Shown here: one piece after another, positions 23,266 through 35,997 of the stretch | How the letters are laid out: each line of letters begins with the position of its first letter | Numbering within the stretch: the stretch's first letter is position 1 | Assembly: GCA_000708835.1 (NCBI GenBank) | Contig: DF237172.1 | Coordinates: forward strand, 1-64,000 | Source: Klebsormidium nitens | Lineage: Eukaryota > Plantae > Klebsormidiophyceae | DNA length: 64,000 nucleotides | Direction: 5' to 3' | Notes under the pieces: model-generated | What the model was told of the DNA's origin: nothing | Databases searched by the model: none | The model's input: only the letters and a program-made list of their open reading frames with translations | Translations under genes and position numbers: made by a program

Positions 23266-26200
23266 CTCTCCGGATCTTGCAGGAGAATTTCGACGCCCAA
23301 ACCATATTCTTGCAGCTGCGGGTGGCTTTCGGGGACAGACGGGCCGCGGTCACCAGTGAGCTGTGCGAACTGCTCGCGAGCGCACTGGAGGCCGCCGACG
23401 GCATCCCGTGCCAACTCACGGAAGCAGCGGAACAGGCGGCAGCGGAACTGGTGAGTGTGGCTGCCTCATCGCACCGTTTGGGTGGAGCTTCTCTAGGATC
23501 CTGAGGCAATTTGTCGGTTCAGCCGTTGGCCTGTTCCGTTCTATTTGGACCTGGCTTTGTTCCGAAGCGGAACCACTCTACCGTTTGGAGTCTAGGTAGT
23601 TTTGGAGCTGTCTGGGATTCAGATTGAACGTGCTCTATGTCCGCACCAGTCAGAAGATGCATACACCGGACACTTGCACCGTCAAGCGAACGTGGTACCG
23701 TGAACTTTGATGTTTTCTTGTACCAAGGTTTCTATAAAGAGCCACCAGATTGAGTCGCCATGTACCATGACTTATCGACTCGTCCGAAACCCAGCCATCA
23801 AATTTGGGCCGCAGAGACAGGCGAGACGCACCGATGATCGAGTTCTATGCTCGAATCGGGTCAGATTATGTCGTTTAGCCATGTGGATTTCTCTGTCTTG
23901 AATTGCAGTTAAGCGCCGAGTCGGAGCTAAGTTCCGAATTGGCGCCAGACGCGAAGGCCACGAAGAAAGGGAAAAAGAAAAAGAAAAAGGGTCATTCGAC
24001 GCACACACCGGGGCGTTTACCCGCCGCGGCTGGGGGAGTATTAGCCGGGAAGGTCGACTTGAGCGGAGATGACGTCAGCTCGCCCCGTCAGCTTGCCCCA
24101 GGGCCGTCACTGGCTCCCCCCGCCGACGGTGCCGACTCATCAAGAGACACCAGTGACGGCAAACCCCGTAATAAGCCCAGTTATAAACCCGTTGATGACC
24201 CGGGTGATGAATCGGGCGTCCGAATGGCCGGGGAATCAGAACCGTCCAGCCGCTCGGGAGGGGATGTCGAGATGGGCGGAGGAATCGACCAGGGGAGAGG
24301 AGAGCGGCGACAGGGAGATGCGGAGCAGGGGCCAGGAAGCGCCGGCAGTCGGACCCCGTCGGACCGTCCCAGCGTTGGCGCAAGAGGCAGAGGAGCAGTG
24401 GAGGCCGCTGACGTCATCAGCGGTCACCAGGAGGTGGGTTTGAAAAAGCTGTATAAGCGGACAACCCTCTCTCGTTCAAACCAGGCGCGATGGCGTCCTA
24501 GAGGTGCATTTGAATCTGCACCAACACGTGGCACCTTCCTGCGGTGAACTCGTCGGCCTGGGGCCGCGTGGAGCAGAGAACACTCCGCTCCTTAGAGTCG
24601 TCCAGAAAATTACTTCTCAGGAACGAATAGAAAAGCGTTCGATCAGAGTTGCGGACTAGAGCTCTTCAAACTGGCAGCGTCATTACCCATCAAATTGAAG
24701 AACGTCCAAGCAGAGTAGCTGATACAGACTCGACGGATCCAAGGATGCATTATTGACACCTTTCGCACAGGTTCGAGGGGACTCCTCTCCTGCCTCAACG
24801 GAGACGGGTCCGGGAGCCGCCTCGTCTTCCTCTCCGACCCACTCCGTTAGGCCCCTGATTACGAACCCGCCCAATGCGCCACCCGCGGCAGCGATCCCGG
24901 AGTCTCCGCTGGGCGAAACAAAGGCCCTACCGCCCGACTGCTGCAAGCCAAACGCCGGAGGCCGCTCCGACGTGGAAACGCTTTCGAAGAGCCACGTGGC
25001 AGCCGGTGAGAGGCCGCCGGGGCGCGGCAGGGGCGGAACTCTGGGCGGCCAGGATTCGAAGGCCGGGAGCTCTTCGGCACCTGCGACAGGTAAGGCCCAC
25101 TTTGTTACGACTCTGTGTTACTCACTCGTTTAGTTCGCAACACAACTGTTTTTGGGGCAAATCCATCTTGTGCGTGCTGCTGACCAAACAATTCCGATCA
25201 ATGGGCACTCCATCTTGTCACCTCGGTATTGAGGATCTGAGAAAGATGGGCCTTCGACAAAAGAAACTTCTCTGTTCAAAGACACCGAAGCTGTCCTTAG
25301 GTGTATGATGCAGCCTAGCTTGTGCGAGAAGATATACAGGGACTTTACCGTGGAAACGGCTGTCGGACACACGAGATTCCTGTTCTTAGTTTTCCTTGCC
25401 TAAATGAATGAAGTGAACTTACCAAACAGAGAAGATGCCACTGTCTTTGGTCGACAAGTTTTTCTTTGTGCATTTCCGTAGTTATTGCAAACCCGTCCTT
25501 GCAGAAGCTAAGTTTCCCTAGATCCGTTTCACCAACAAAGTGTTTCTCTAGTTATCATTCTCTGAGCCCTGGGTGTCACGTCCCAGACAGTATGAACATG
25601 TCCCTGGAAGCCGGGACTTGACACTGGCAGCTCCATGGTTCGCTTACTGCAGATTCACCGCCGAGACGGTTGGGCCGTTTCCGGCCACTCCGCTTTGTTC
25701 GGTCGGCTAGGTAGTCCGCGGATTTGTCGCTCCGCAGCTGCTGACGTTGCACCCGAACTTATCTGCGGAACTTCGAGGCTCTCCAAATTGATACTGCGGC
25801 CGGAACTCGAACTACTCGCTTCTGCCCTCTGCAGAATCTGTGACTGCGGCAATTGGGCGCCAGGATATCCAGCTAGGCCCCACCACAACCCTACTGGCCG
25901 TTTCTACCGGTTAGTGGGCTGTCACCTGCGTCCCAGGGAGCGCCGCCCGGTGTTGACGTCAGCCATGACGACTCTACTTCTCTACTCCCAGTCCCGGCCC
26001 TCACTCCCAAGGATCAGGCCGACCCTTCTGGCGAACCCCAATCTGCTGAAAGCGGACCGCGCGTAGTTCAGACGGTGCGGAATGTAATGGGCAAACGCAA
26101 AAGCAATCGCGAAGAAAAGCTGTCGGGGGCCCTTCCAGGGCAGACGAAGCCGGCGGTGATTCCTTCAGGCAACGGGGCCACTCTCATCTCCCGAGCAACA

Positions 26201-27142
26201 GCTGCGTCGCTGTCTCAGGGGTCTGGAGACCTGCAAGCAAATCCTTATCCTTACCCAAACACGAACCCTAACCTCAACCCTATCACTAACCCTCAGCATT
26301 CCCCGCTTACCAGTGAAGCCTCCCGTAAGCCCCGGGCGCCGTACAACCCCCTCGCCCGAGCGAGGCCCCTTACCCCGGCGGTTCCCACCGGGCACTCTTT
26401 GTTTCCCGAGGCAAGCGCCGTCCCGGCCACCCCGCCAAGAGGCAGAACTTCGTCGGTGGATCAACCGACTGCCAAAAACCCTGAGCCCTCGACAAGTGGA
26501 ATGGACGTGACATCAGTGGAAGCGTCCGCAGACGTCACCCATGACGTGCCCCGCCTAATGACAGGTGTTCATTCGGAGGCTGCCGGCCCAGGCGCACAGC
26601 GGTCGCCGGAGCCTGAGTCGTTCTCCCCTGAGCTGCCTTCGATACTGGCGATGCTCCTACCGGTAGAAGGTGCTAGTCAAAACGTACCCCCTCCGAATTC
26701 AATTGCGTTCTCCAATGTGTATAAATTTGAGGGCCACCGACCAAACCCCGGATCAGACTCGACCGGATCAAGCCACTCGGCTCATGCTGATTGGGTTGAA
26801 ACCCTCGAGAGTGGGCCCGATACCTGGGGCGAGTCGGCGTCGGTTCAAACAAAGAGTTACATTGCATCAGATAGGGCAGTAGGACGGAAGAAGACGAAAA
26901 ATCATAGCGGCCCGGATAAGCAGAACGGACAGGGGAGCGACGTTTGTTGCATCTGCTTTGACAGCCCAAAGAACGGGGCAATCGTGCCGTGCGGCCATTG
27001 CTTGTGCTACGAGTGTGGCACTTTGATCAAGGAAAAGAGAGCGGAGTGTCCGTTCTGCAACACCAAGATCGAGAGCATCTTTAGATTATTCCTCTGAGCT
27101 TGAGGATGAGATTGAGCAACCTTAAGCCGTAGTTTTAGGACT

Positions 27143-27461
27143 NNNNNNNNNNNNNNNNNNNNNNNNNNNNNNNNNNNNNNNNNNNNNNNNNNNNNNNNNN
27201 NNNNNNNNNNNNNNNNNNNNNNNNNNNNNNNNNNNNNNNNNNNNNNNNNNNNNNNNNNNNNNNNNNNNNNNNNNNNNNNNNNNNNNNNNNNNNNNNNNNN
27301 NNNNNNNNNNNNNNNNNNNNNNNNNNNNNNNNNNNNNNNNNNNNNNNNNNNNNNNNNNNNNNNNNNNNNNNNNNNNNNNNNNNNNNNNNNNNNNNNNNNN
27401 NNNNNNNNNNNNNNNNNNNNNNNNNNNNNNNNNNNNNNNNNNNNNNNNNNNNNNNNNNNNN
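27143..27461. other. assembly gap
   Basis: Run of N. Confidence 1.
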
Positions 27462-28349
27462 NGCGACAGCCGGGCACTAAAGTGCACGCCGGGTCGACGT
27501 GGCTCAATTGCGGTCACGGGCGACGAATAACCGGGCGCGATCTTCATGCAATGGACATGCAAACGGTGGCTCATGGCCACATGCAATTCCTCTGGGAAAC
27601 CCTAACGGCGTGATGGGTGGAAACCCTATATGCACGAATGGCGAAAAGCCTTACTAACTAGCATGAGGCACAACTAGCACGTGCATCCGAGCCGTCACGG
27701 CAACGAGGCCACACAGCGTGACACTGTGTTCGAGGGTCATCGATAGAAAGAGGCCACGATGTAATTACTTGATTGCTACAATAACCCGGTAAAGTGTTTG
27801 CAAACCGTCGAGGTCAGGTCACTTGCAGATCATTGCATATCATGTGGCCACTCTGAATTAACGATCGGCGTCAGCTTTACTTATACTTGGAAGAGCAACT
27901 GGTATGATCTCCAAAATCGTGCAAACGGTGTGCATGATCATCGGATATTGTCGCCAAGCCTGATCTCTTTCAATTAAGCAATCGGAGATGAATTGCGCGA
28001 AGCACGAGTCGAGCAATCAATGGTTACTTCTTTTCGTACTCAAACACTTGCAATTAATGCCATATGCGAGCCGCACACAAGCTGGTCTAGATTGCATGGC
28101 TCATCTTCTAGGTTATAAGGGATATGATCATATCCTTCCAACGAACTTAGGTCTTAATCAACTGCTCCCTTCTTTCACGACTAGAGAGCTGTCGGCATGA
28201 CCGAGTAACAGCTCCAGAGGTTGCGATTTCAAAGCGCATGGTCGGAGTCAATCGAATTGAATGGGCGGTTCATGGTGGAAACGGTTCGTGTTAACAACAT
28301 CAGTGTCACAACATAATTCAGAGTTGCACGGGACCGTTATGATGCATGA

Positions 28350-28713
28350 GACCTGTCAAGCCCTCGAACCCCGGCTGCGGTCCGGCCAGCAAAGACCATG
28401 CGGCACAAGGCCGAACTGACCCTTCTTGAGCCATCTCGCATAAGGTCAGCCAGAGCGCCTTCATCCATCAAAGCGCGCGCACTCTCTTCGGCCCACGTCT
28501 TCACAGTCTAACCACGATCTCGCAGAAGGCCCGCGCGGATCCTTTGCACTCGTCTGCAGCTCGGAGGAAGTACAGGGCTTTCATGCAGGCTCCCTCTGTC
28601 CGCTTCTTGCCCCGAAGTCCGGAAACAGTCAGCTGCTTCAAGGCCTCCAGGAACTCCCGGATGTTGTCCGAAGTGTGTTATGCCTTGGCGCCGCCCTGTG
28701 CCTTCGCGTCCAT
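28350..28713 (-). pseudogene. pseudogenised paralogue of the 144-aa orphan ORF
   Basis: MDAKAQGGAKA*HTSDNIREFLEALK...ARAFCEIVV/TVKTWAEES.../WLKKGQFGLVPHGL aligns with GRALDTTDKLRAFLDALK...PQGFCRAVCGTMVGWAEAE...KWGKSGKGFSLVPEAL. TAA at 28678-28680 plus two frameshifts. Confidence 0.7.
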
Positions 28714-29521
28714 CTTTCAAGATTCGAGTTTTCGAATCATTGCCCCAGCGGCTTAGCTTTGATGTCCCGGTCTAAAGAGAGAACGCCCACCGTAGCTACT
28801 ATTATGAAAGGGCAACGTGATCCTGTGGAATGACCAGGACATAGCTAGACTCGGAATCTTAGAAGGAGAATGTTGAGGAGATGTGCGTAGTCTTCTCTAT
28901 TTCAGCGTCCTCTCTGCTGCGTTCTTAGTTTAGAGTTCCTGCAGATGGAGGGGGCGAGTCTGCCGCGTGATTCACACTAAGGGAAGCTTCAGCTCTCGGT
29001 AGAAAGGTACGAATAACCGAGGATCAAAACTCTGGCTGTCACATTGAAACTGTCCTAGTGACCTTGACGAACGTAAGCCGCATCTGGGCAAAGGGGAGAA
29101 CAAGCGCATGCAGTGCTCGTGGCGTTCCAGTTGAAGTGGTGCGCCGGTATGTGTTTCCCCCTCGGCCACGAAGGCACAGTACCGGTCCGGGGCACCTCAA
29201 TGTACCGGCTCACATATCCTTCGGCGCAGTGCCGGGTGGGCGCCTCTCATAAGACCTTGCAAGACAGGTAGAGGAGGATTGGGCCAAGCCCATCACCTTT
29301 ACATACAACAAGGCGACTTGAGGGGTGCTTGTGTGGACCGGTTTCTGCTTCAGCTTCTGAGCTCGTAAGCACCTCGGCGTGGAAAGCCCCTTACCTGGAA
29401 GATTCTTCCTTTGCTCCGCTCGTTCCCAAGGTTGGACAGTTTGCTCGGTTCACAAGCAGCCTTTGTCCCCACAGTCTTTTGAACCTTCGAGCGCTTCGAG
29501 AGAGAGGGATTGGAGAATACG

Positions 29522-29956
29522 ATGGAACGCGCTTCGAAGTATGGGCGAGCTCTCGACACCACCGACAAGCTACGCGCGTTCCTAGACGCCCTCAAGTCCG
29601 GCCTGACCGGAAGCAACCGCAGCAATCTGAGCCGCCGGAACAGGCTGTTTGCTGACGTGGGCGGTAGCGTCACACCCGGGCTGATGCAGTACCTCGACCT
29701 GCTGGAAGCGGCGTACGACCGCCGGAGGGGGAGGCCCCAGGGGTTCTGCCGGGCGGTCTGCGGAACGATGGTGGGCTGGGCGGAAGCGGAAGAGCGGAAC
29801 GGTCTGGAGCACGAAGAACTAGAGGCGGAAATGTTCTCGAAGTGGGGCAAAAGCGGGAAGGGGTTCTCATTGGTCCCGGAGGCGCTGCAGGACGCGATGC
29901 GGCCTGAGTATAAGGCGGCGATGGAATATGCGGCGGACTACCTGCTGAGCGAGTAA
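29522..29956 (+). CDS. single-exon hypothetical protein, 144 aa, family not recognised
   Basis: ATG 29522 to TAA 29956, with C/G-ending codons like the known exons. A diverged paralogue at 28350-28713 supports protein-level conservation. Confidence 0.75.
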   Translation: MERASKYGRALDTTDKLRAFLDALKSGLTGSNRSNLSRRNRLFADVGGSVTPGLMQYLDLLEAAYDRRRGRPQGFCRAVCGTMVGWAEAEERNGLEHEELEAEMFSKWGKSGKGFSLVPEALQDAMRPEYKAAMEYAADYLLSE

Positions 29957-30949
29957 GCACCCGATCGAGAAACTTCTGTTCATGTACTGCGGTAATATCG
30001 AGCCGGCGCATACTGATACGCTGATACTGAACCCGCTTGCCTGATCTCCAGCGCGCTGTTTGAGCGACGGAGAGGGAAAAAGCAGTCGAAAGCTCTATGT
30101 GGAGCAGAGACTGATATTTAAAGATGCGTTTCAGGCAAGTGATAATAAAAACAAGTAACAAGTCAGCGATACGAATGATAGAGGCAAACACGAGGTACGT
30201 GACGAAAGCAACCGCTTTTCTGTTTCTGAATCACCGGAATGCAAGGGCGTAGACTTTAATCTGGTTCGTGAAAAGACGTACGGAGAGAGCCGCAAGGCCG
30301 TTTCGCCTCCTCCAGTCCCTGCTACCATTTTGACCCTTGCATTAGGTGCGCGATCTACGGCCCTTTGGTACTCTTTTTCTCAAGTCCTTGGATCGAATAT
30401 GATCGAGAAAAGCTGATGTCAGGTGCTGGTCAACAGGCCATTCTGAAATTTGGCTTGCGGGTGAGGATTTTTCTCCTTTCTTCTGGCAGTTCCGGATCGA
30501 GCGCGCTTAGCAGCGGCCTGAGGGTCGCAAAGGTCCTGACGGGGGTGTACGCCATCCAAGTGTAACTTCACACAAGGGATCCTTTTGACGTGGTATGACT
30601 CGGAGTCGACCAAGAACCTTTACTGTTTGCGTCTCTCGAATTGCGCATCATCATAATTGTTCGAGAATCTGTTTGATGAGGATCAATGCCTTGCCTGTTT
30701 TTCTTGTGCTTTCATGTGGTCACTGTAAAGATACCATGGACATAAACTTCAGCAGCCGTGATATTACCTTGTTGTTTCTAGATCCACTTTTTTCTCGTCG
30801 AAGCTGGATCGAATCAACGTATTGTTTTCAACCCCATGAAGGGCGCTTGGAATGTCTTCCTCAACTTTCCGTTTGAAGTTCAGCCGCTCTAATGACGATT
30901 TTGCTGACATTTGTGCTGACGGCGAAGCCTTCCTCTGACTGCCCACCAG

Positions 30950-33218
30950 GATCTGGACGAAGATCTCGCTGACGTCATGGTGGAGGACCTGTCAAGCCTG
31001 GATCTCCCTGACGGGTGGAGAAACTACCTGCGAGAGAGCCGTGCGGAAACGGAAATGACAGACGTGAGGGAATAGAGAGGCGCAGTGTTTCAGAAAATCC
31101 ATGGAGATTCCACAATCAAATGCTCGGCTTCTTCTCTCTTCCTTTTCGGATTGCTTCGCGTCTCTGTAATTTCGTTTGTAATATTATTTTTGTGGCTACG
31201 CCCTTTCGCTGCCCCCGCGGCCTGTCTCTTTGCTTTAACGGAAACCGTGACACCACTCCCAAACGCCTTCGATTCCTGGTACACTCAAGCAGATGCCGAT
31301 TGAGATTCTGACATTGTCAGCTTGTGGGACTGATACTCGACGCGGCACCGTGTGCAGATTGATTTGACGAAGTCTCTGGGCTTTTCGATTTTGGAACCTG
31401 CATCCATCTGCACTTCTGCCGAGTCCTTTGGTATTTCTCGATCTAGTGAACAGCAAGCCCAGTGAACAGTAAGCACTTTGGGGTTTACTAAAACCCTAAC
31501 CCAAAATATTACCCGCTCCGCACCCGTTCCCACCCTAACAACCTAACTAACCCTACCCGTCTCCATTACTGTTCACCGGCTGTTACTATTCACTACATCG
31601 ATCGGGATGTCCTGTGGGCATCCACCTTCTTCTGCTGATGCATGATGCATGATCCTGATGAAGCTCCACCTGTTCCGGCGTTAAGACAAGCAAGGTTTCC
31701 TGTCTTTCAAGGATCCGGGAGTCGAACTTTTCACTTGTCACACTTTTATACTTGTCACACTCTTTACACTTGTCGCATTGTCACCATCAGTGAGCGCTCA
31801 GATCTATAAGCAGCGGATGCTTTCTAGCCGAAAACGTTAAGCAGCCCACATATTACCTGAAGCCTGTTGAAGATAACGGAGGAAACTCAATCCGCCTCCG
31901 TGCCCTCTAGTTGGAAGACCCCAGTGACCGCAGTTTTGCTCCCCCCTCCGCAGACCGCGCCGGCCGCAGGGGCGCCCGCGGCGCGGCGCGTGCCCGCGCG
32001 CGCGCGCGGTTGGCCCGCGTCGGCTGTTTTCGACGTGGGCGGCTCTTCCGCAGATGACCGAATTACGTGCCCGGACTGCGGCAAGGGGTTCGCGAGCCGA
32101 CACTCTCTGGCCAACCACAAGCGCGTGCACGATTCTTGGCTGGCCAAGGTGAGGTCTGGTTCCGGTGCGGTTCCGTTCCGTTCCGTTCTGATGGATGCGG
32201 CGAGAACATTGGGGTTACCAAGGATCCTGCAAAAAGTCCTCGGGAAAGATCAATCAAGGAATGGTAGAGGGGGCCCTTGCAAGAATACCAGGGCGGCATT
32301 TGAATCGTACAGTTTTTCTTTTCTTTTCTGAGTCGGATAATTGGTTGAAAGCTAGATTCTAGGGAGAACTTCTCAACGAAGGCGATGCCGGAATACAAGA
32401 TTCGAACCTCACTCTGCACCTTTGTTGATCTCCTGAGTTTATTGCTTCAGAAGTTATTGATCCCGCCTTGTCCTCAGGACAAATCCTTTCCCAATCCTCT
32501 TTCGCAAGAGATCATACCAAACCTTAGGGTAACGAAGTTGTTGGCGCTCAGAGATGTACCTTTTCACGAGCGCCCTTTCAGAACTGAGCAGACGTGAGGG
32601 TTCATCTCGCTCAAAAGGAAGTGGCGGGACGATGCATTGAAAATTCACCAGGCCCGAACGGCTTTCCTGCTTCGTATAGCCAAACCGATGGCAGAACTCC
32701 CATGTGCCCGCTGTTTCGTTTGGGAACAGTATGCTCGGGATTGCCGCTCCGCTTCGTCTCTTCTTTTTAAGCTGAGGTACTTGCATTCTATCATGCACGC
32801 CATTCCGCATCTTATTTCCCGTCAATTCAGTCTATGACAACCGGGGAAGAAATTCTGGTTTCGGCTTTCTCAAGCGGGAATTCAAGCACGACCTGAAAGT
32901 GGATGACTCAGGAGCTTTTCAGGCTAGTGGGCGTTCGACCAGTCCTTACTCTCCGTATGTTGCACCTCTCAGGACGTCGGTAGCAGCTCAAGGGGCCAGA
33001 AGAGCGGAGCGTCCGCCGTCGATGTGGATTCGGACGACGATCGGACGGTCCGGCGTGTCCTGGAGAAGAAAGCCAAGTTTGGCTCCAGCCGGGGCGACCC
33101 AGCGAGAGAAAAAGCGTCCCCGAAAAATGACGTGGCTGCCGACGTGGCGCAAGCTCTGAAGGCGATGCTAGCAAAAGAAATCAAAGCGGGCGCGCGGCTC
33201 CTTACAGAGGAGGTTTAA
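30950..33218 (+). CDS. C2H2 zinc-finger protein (5' exons unresolved)
   Basis: Phase-0 exons 30950-31063 (DLDEDLADVMVEDL...), 31954-32148 (CPDCGKGFASRHSLANHKRVH) and 32973-33218 (TAA), with canonical AG/GT boundaries. Confidence 0.7.
31438..31601 (-). mobile_element. G-run-core fold-back element, arm type b
   Basis: Imperfect TIRs tcgatctagtgaacagcaagcccagtgaacagtaa and, as reverse complement, tcgatgtagtgaatagtaacagccggtgaacagtaa. Core 31487-31561 is the reverse complement of the family core. Confidence 0.82.
31729..31783 (+). repeat. short tandem repeat, about 18-bp period, 3 units
   Basis: acttgtcacac-containing units. Confidence 0.6.
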
Positions 33219-34253
33219 ACTAAGGAGCGTTAGAAAGCGAGCAGGTTGTCAAGGAGCGAGCTACATTGTCAGAACGTGATGTCCAATACAAAGTTACACG
33301 CGAAGGGATTAGGGAGTAAAAAATCAGCTTATGGCGCTGTCGACTACAGGCAAGGCGATAAGGCTGTAACAGATGGGAGGTATGAAACGGCATGATATGA
33401 ACATCTAAGATTGGGCATCAAGACTCGACGTGCGGTCTGTCGATTCTGCTCCACAAACAAACAAATCTACCAGTAGAAGATGAAAAAAACATAGATAAAA
33501 CGCCTTACAGCGTTTCCCACTTTCTCAAAAAGCAGATGTCCACGTGGTTCATCTCAAGAAGCAATTCAATTCATATAAGGTGACGGCCTTGCCCGATGGC
33601 ATGCAGAAAGGCAGACCAGCTCTGTATAGAGTGTCAACTCCAACGTACGACTGCGTTCGATCAGACACATGTGAATAATCCATCATGTTGCAAGCTGCAA
33701 TTGCGCAAGGGAGAGATAGTTGCAGGCCTCCCATATTTACAGACTCCTTGTAATGATTACGAAGGCATGTCTTGCACGTGTCAAGTCACGATTGGACGGT
33801 TGCCTTGAATGTTGTTTCCTTTTAGAACATGCGACCGCATTCGTTGGACCGTCACGCCGTCCAGACAGCTAAGAGTAATATTCCTTGACCCATCCGATTA
33901 CAGATTAGGGTCGTTTGGATTTGAAAATGAAAGCCTTCCTGGGTTCTTGGAAAATGGTACTATAATCTTTTGGAAACCAAGACTTCCGTTGATCCTCTTC
34001 GTCTCTTTCAGTGACGTCCGCCAATCAGGTACAGTTCTGCTACGACTCGTCATACTCGATACATTATTGAGCTTTACCCACATTCCTAAACGGTCTTATA
34101 ACTTTGTACGGACCTGAGTACTGGTTGGCAAACAGACTCAAACGTCACTGATATTCCTTTTCTATCATGCGCACCGCTGCCTTCAGTTGCTTCTCCATCT
34201 TTCCCGCGGTACGCGCTCGCCAAGAATCTGACTGGCGCATCCTTGGAATCATC

Positions 34254-34466
34254 TTATTGGCCCTCCGCTCTTCCGCAGGATTCCGGTCCGTTTTTCGCTC
34301 TTCCGCCGGAAGCTGATCCGTTCTCCTGGCGATCTGCTGGCGGGTCTTGGTCCGCCTCCTCATCGTTCGCCTCTTGGCGGCTGGAAACGTCCGTGTTCGT
34401 TTTCGGATCGCTTTCTGCTTTTCCGCTGTCGGAGTCATCTGACGGAACTACGGACGTGCGAACCTC
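34254..34466 (-). other. possible terminal coding exon of an unresolved gene (70 aa, acidic/low complexity)
   Basis: taacag|EVRTSVVPSDDSDSGKAESDPK...GRAEGQ*. A further coding-looking segment lies at about 35660-35757 (IVRTLFINAANDPNAWQ). No homology recognised. Confidence 0.3.
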
Positions 34467-35997
34467 CTGTTACGGGAACGAACGAAGGTTGTGAAACTTC
34501 AAGTTCTCTATGAATGCTGACTATTTGGTCACATTTAAAAATGCGACGTCGAAGTCTGATCAGCCAGTATTGAAAATCCACAAAGTCACAAGCCTTCTAC
34601 TGATCTGGCGAGATAACACTGAGCTCTTTGAAGATTGCCACAAATTGAGTCTCTGAATTCCGTGCCTTTGGGCAACAGCATGGCGCCGCAACAGCATAGG
34701 CCAGGTGATTTAGACGCGCCATCCGCGTGCCCGATGTACACCGCTTCATAGCCGCCGAAAAATCCAAATGGGGATGGACAGTCGATGCGAGCATTGACAG
34801 AACGTGCTCTTCATGCAAGCAGAGACCTTGTTCAGTCTTTTTCTTTGAGGAAGCAACAGAAAAGACACAAATCTGTTGACGTAGCCACCATCAGGTGGGT
34901 CCCTGAGCTATCGGACTAGAGGCTTTGACTTACGCGGAGTCCTTGGACTGCGTCCTAGTAGAACGTCTTTGCACGTCTTGCGGCAAATCGAGCCGACCCC
35001 CCCGCAGGCCCGCCCTTCGGGCTCGTTGCTAAATTTTCTGTCTCTATCGACATGAGTCTAACGTGGCGGACGTGCACTGCAGCACCGGGTGACTCTAATC
35101 TCAATTGTTTATAGGAAGCGTGACATGACAACAGCTTGGGACTTGAAGCAATGGCGTGGTATAAGTTCTGGAACTTAAGTGAGGCCAGGGCCTTGCCACA
35201 GCGAGGGACTACTTAGTGCATTGAAAAGCACTGGCCTTTCGATCATCGAACTCGTAAGTAACAGCCACTTGACGTACAATGCAACGTCGAAGTTTTGCAT
35301 GGTGACGAGCACGTTATATTTCCAAGTTGCAGCATACTAGATCACCTTGGTGTGCATGCACATCATCACGCGGTTGGCTGCTGCACACAATGTCGGTTTA
35401 CTGAACTTAGCCACGTACGTACTGTGGTATATATGGCAATGTTTAGAGCGAGGTATCAAATAAGTCGTTGCATGCATGCCGTACACTATAACAAGCTAGA
35501 CTCACTGGACATACTAAGCCGTCGGTCATGTGGCAGTTCAGCTAAAATGTACTTGCTTTGCCTGACTCAACGTTGTTAGCAAATGATGACCAAGAGCTTC
35601 GCAGATCGTACATGTTATCTCCCAAAACCACCAAACCAAGCCTCTTTGATTGCAGCTTGCTTCTCGCACATGTCACGATGACGTTCATGTCCTTCGCGTT
35701 TGATTGCCAGGCGTTGGGATCATTGGCGGCGTTGATGAACAGCGTTCGCACGATCTGGTAGTGCATAACAGCGATAACAGCGCAGTTGCGCTTCAAGTAT
35801 CATTGATTTCAATGCCAACAGTGTTTTTGGCGCGCTTGCATTGCAAAGCCTCGCTCTGTACGTAATGCATGACCTCACCCTCAAATATTTTTCTAAGGGA
35901 CTTTTAGCTAGTATCTACATTATGACTCTGGTCCACTGGCGGCTCTAACGCAGTCTATTAATCTAGATTGAAAGTTGCCCAAGCTTCATGCTCGAGC

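Larger units (their letters stand above)
18043..27097 (+). pseudogene. disrupted DUF627/DUF629(C2H2)-unknown domain-RING paralogue
   Basis: Exons 18043-19046, 19654-20074, 20618-20739, 21294-22514, 23283-23450, 23909-24433, 24771-25089, ~25833-27097. Collinear with the 35998-49983 gene. In-frame TGA at 21417-21419 (TCA in the paralogue), +1 frameshift near 25876, and a frame break near 19830-19915. RING CCICFD...PCGH..C..C...CPFC. Confidence 0.8.

Noticed and set aside
27007-27586. ORFs spanning the N run
   Set aside because: Artefacts of the assembly gap.
34985-35030. Hairpin followed by CTAA as a Helitron 3' end
   Set aside because: The stem is short with a long loop, the spacing is atypical, and no 5' TC end or A|T site is identifiable.
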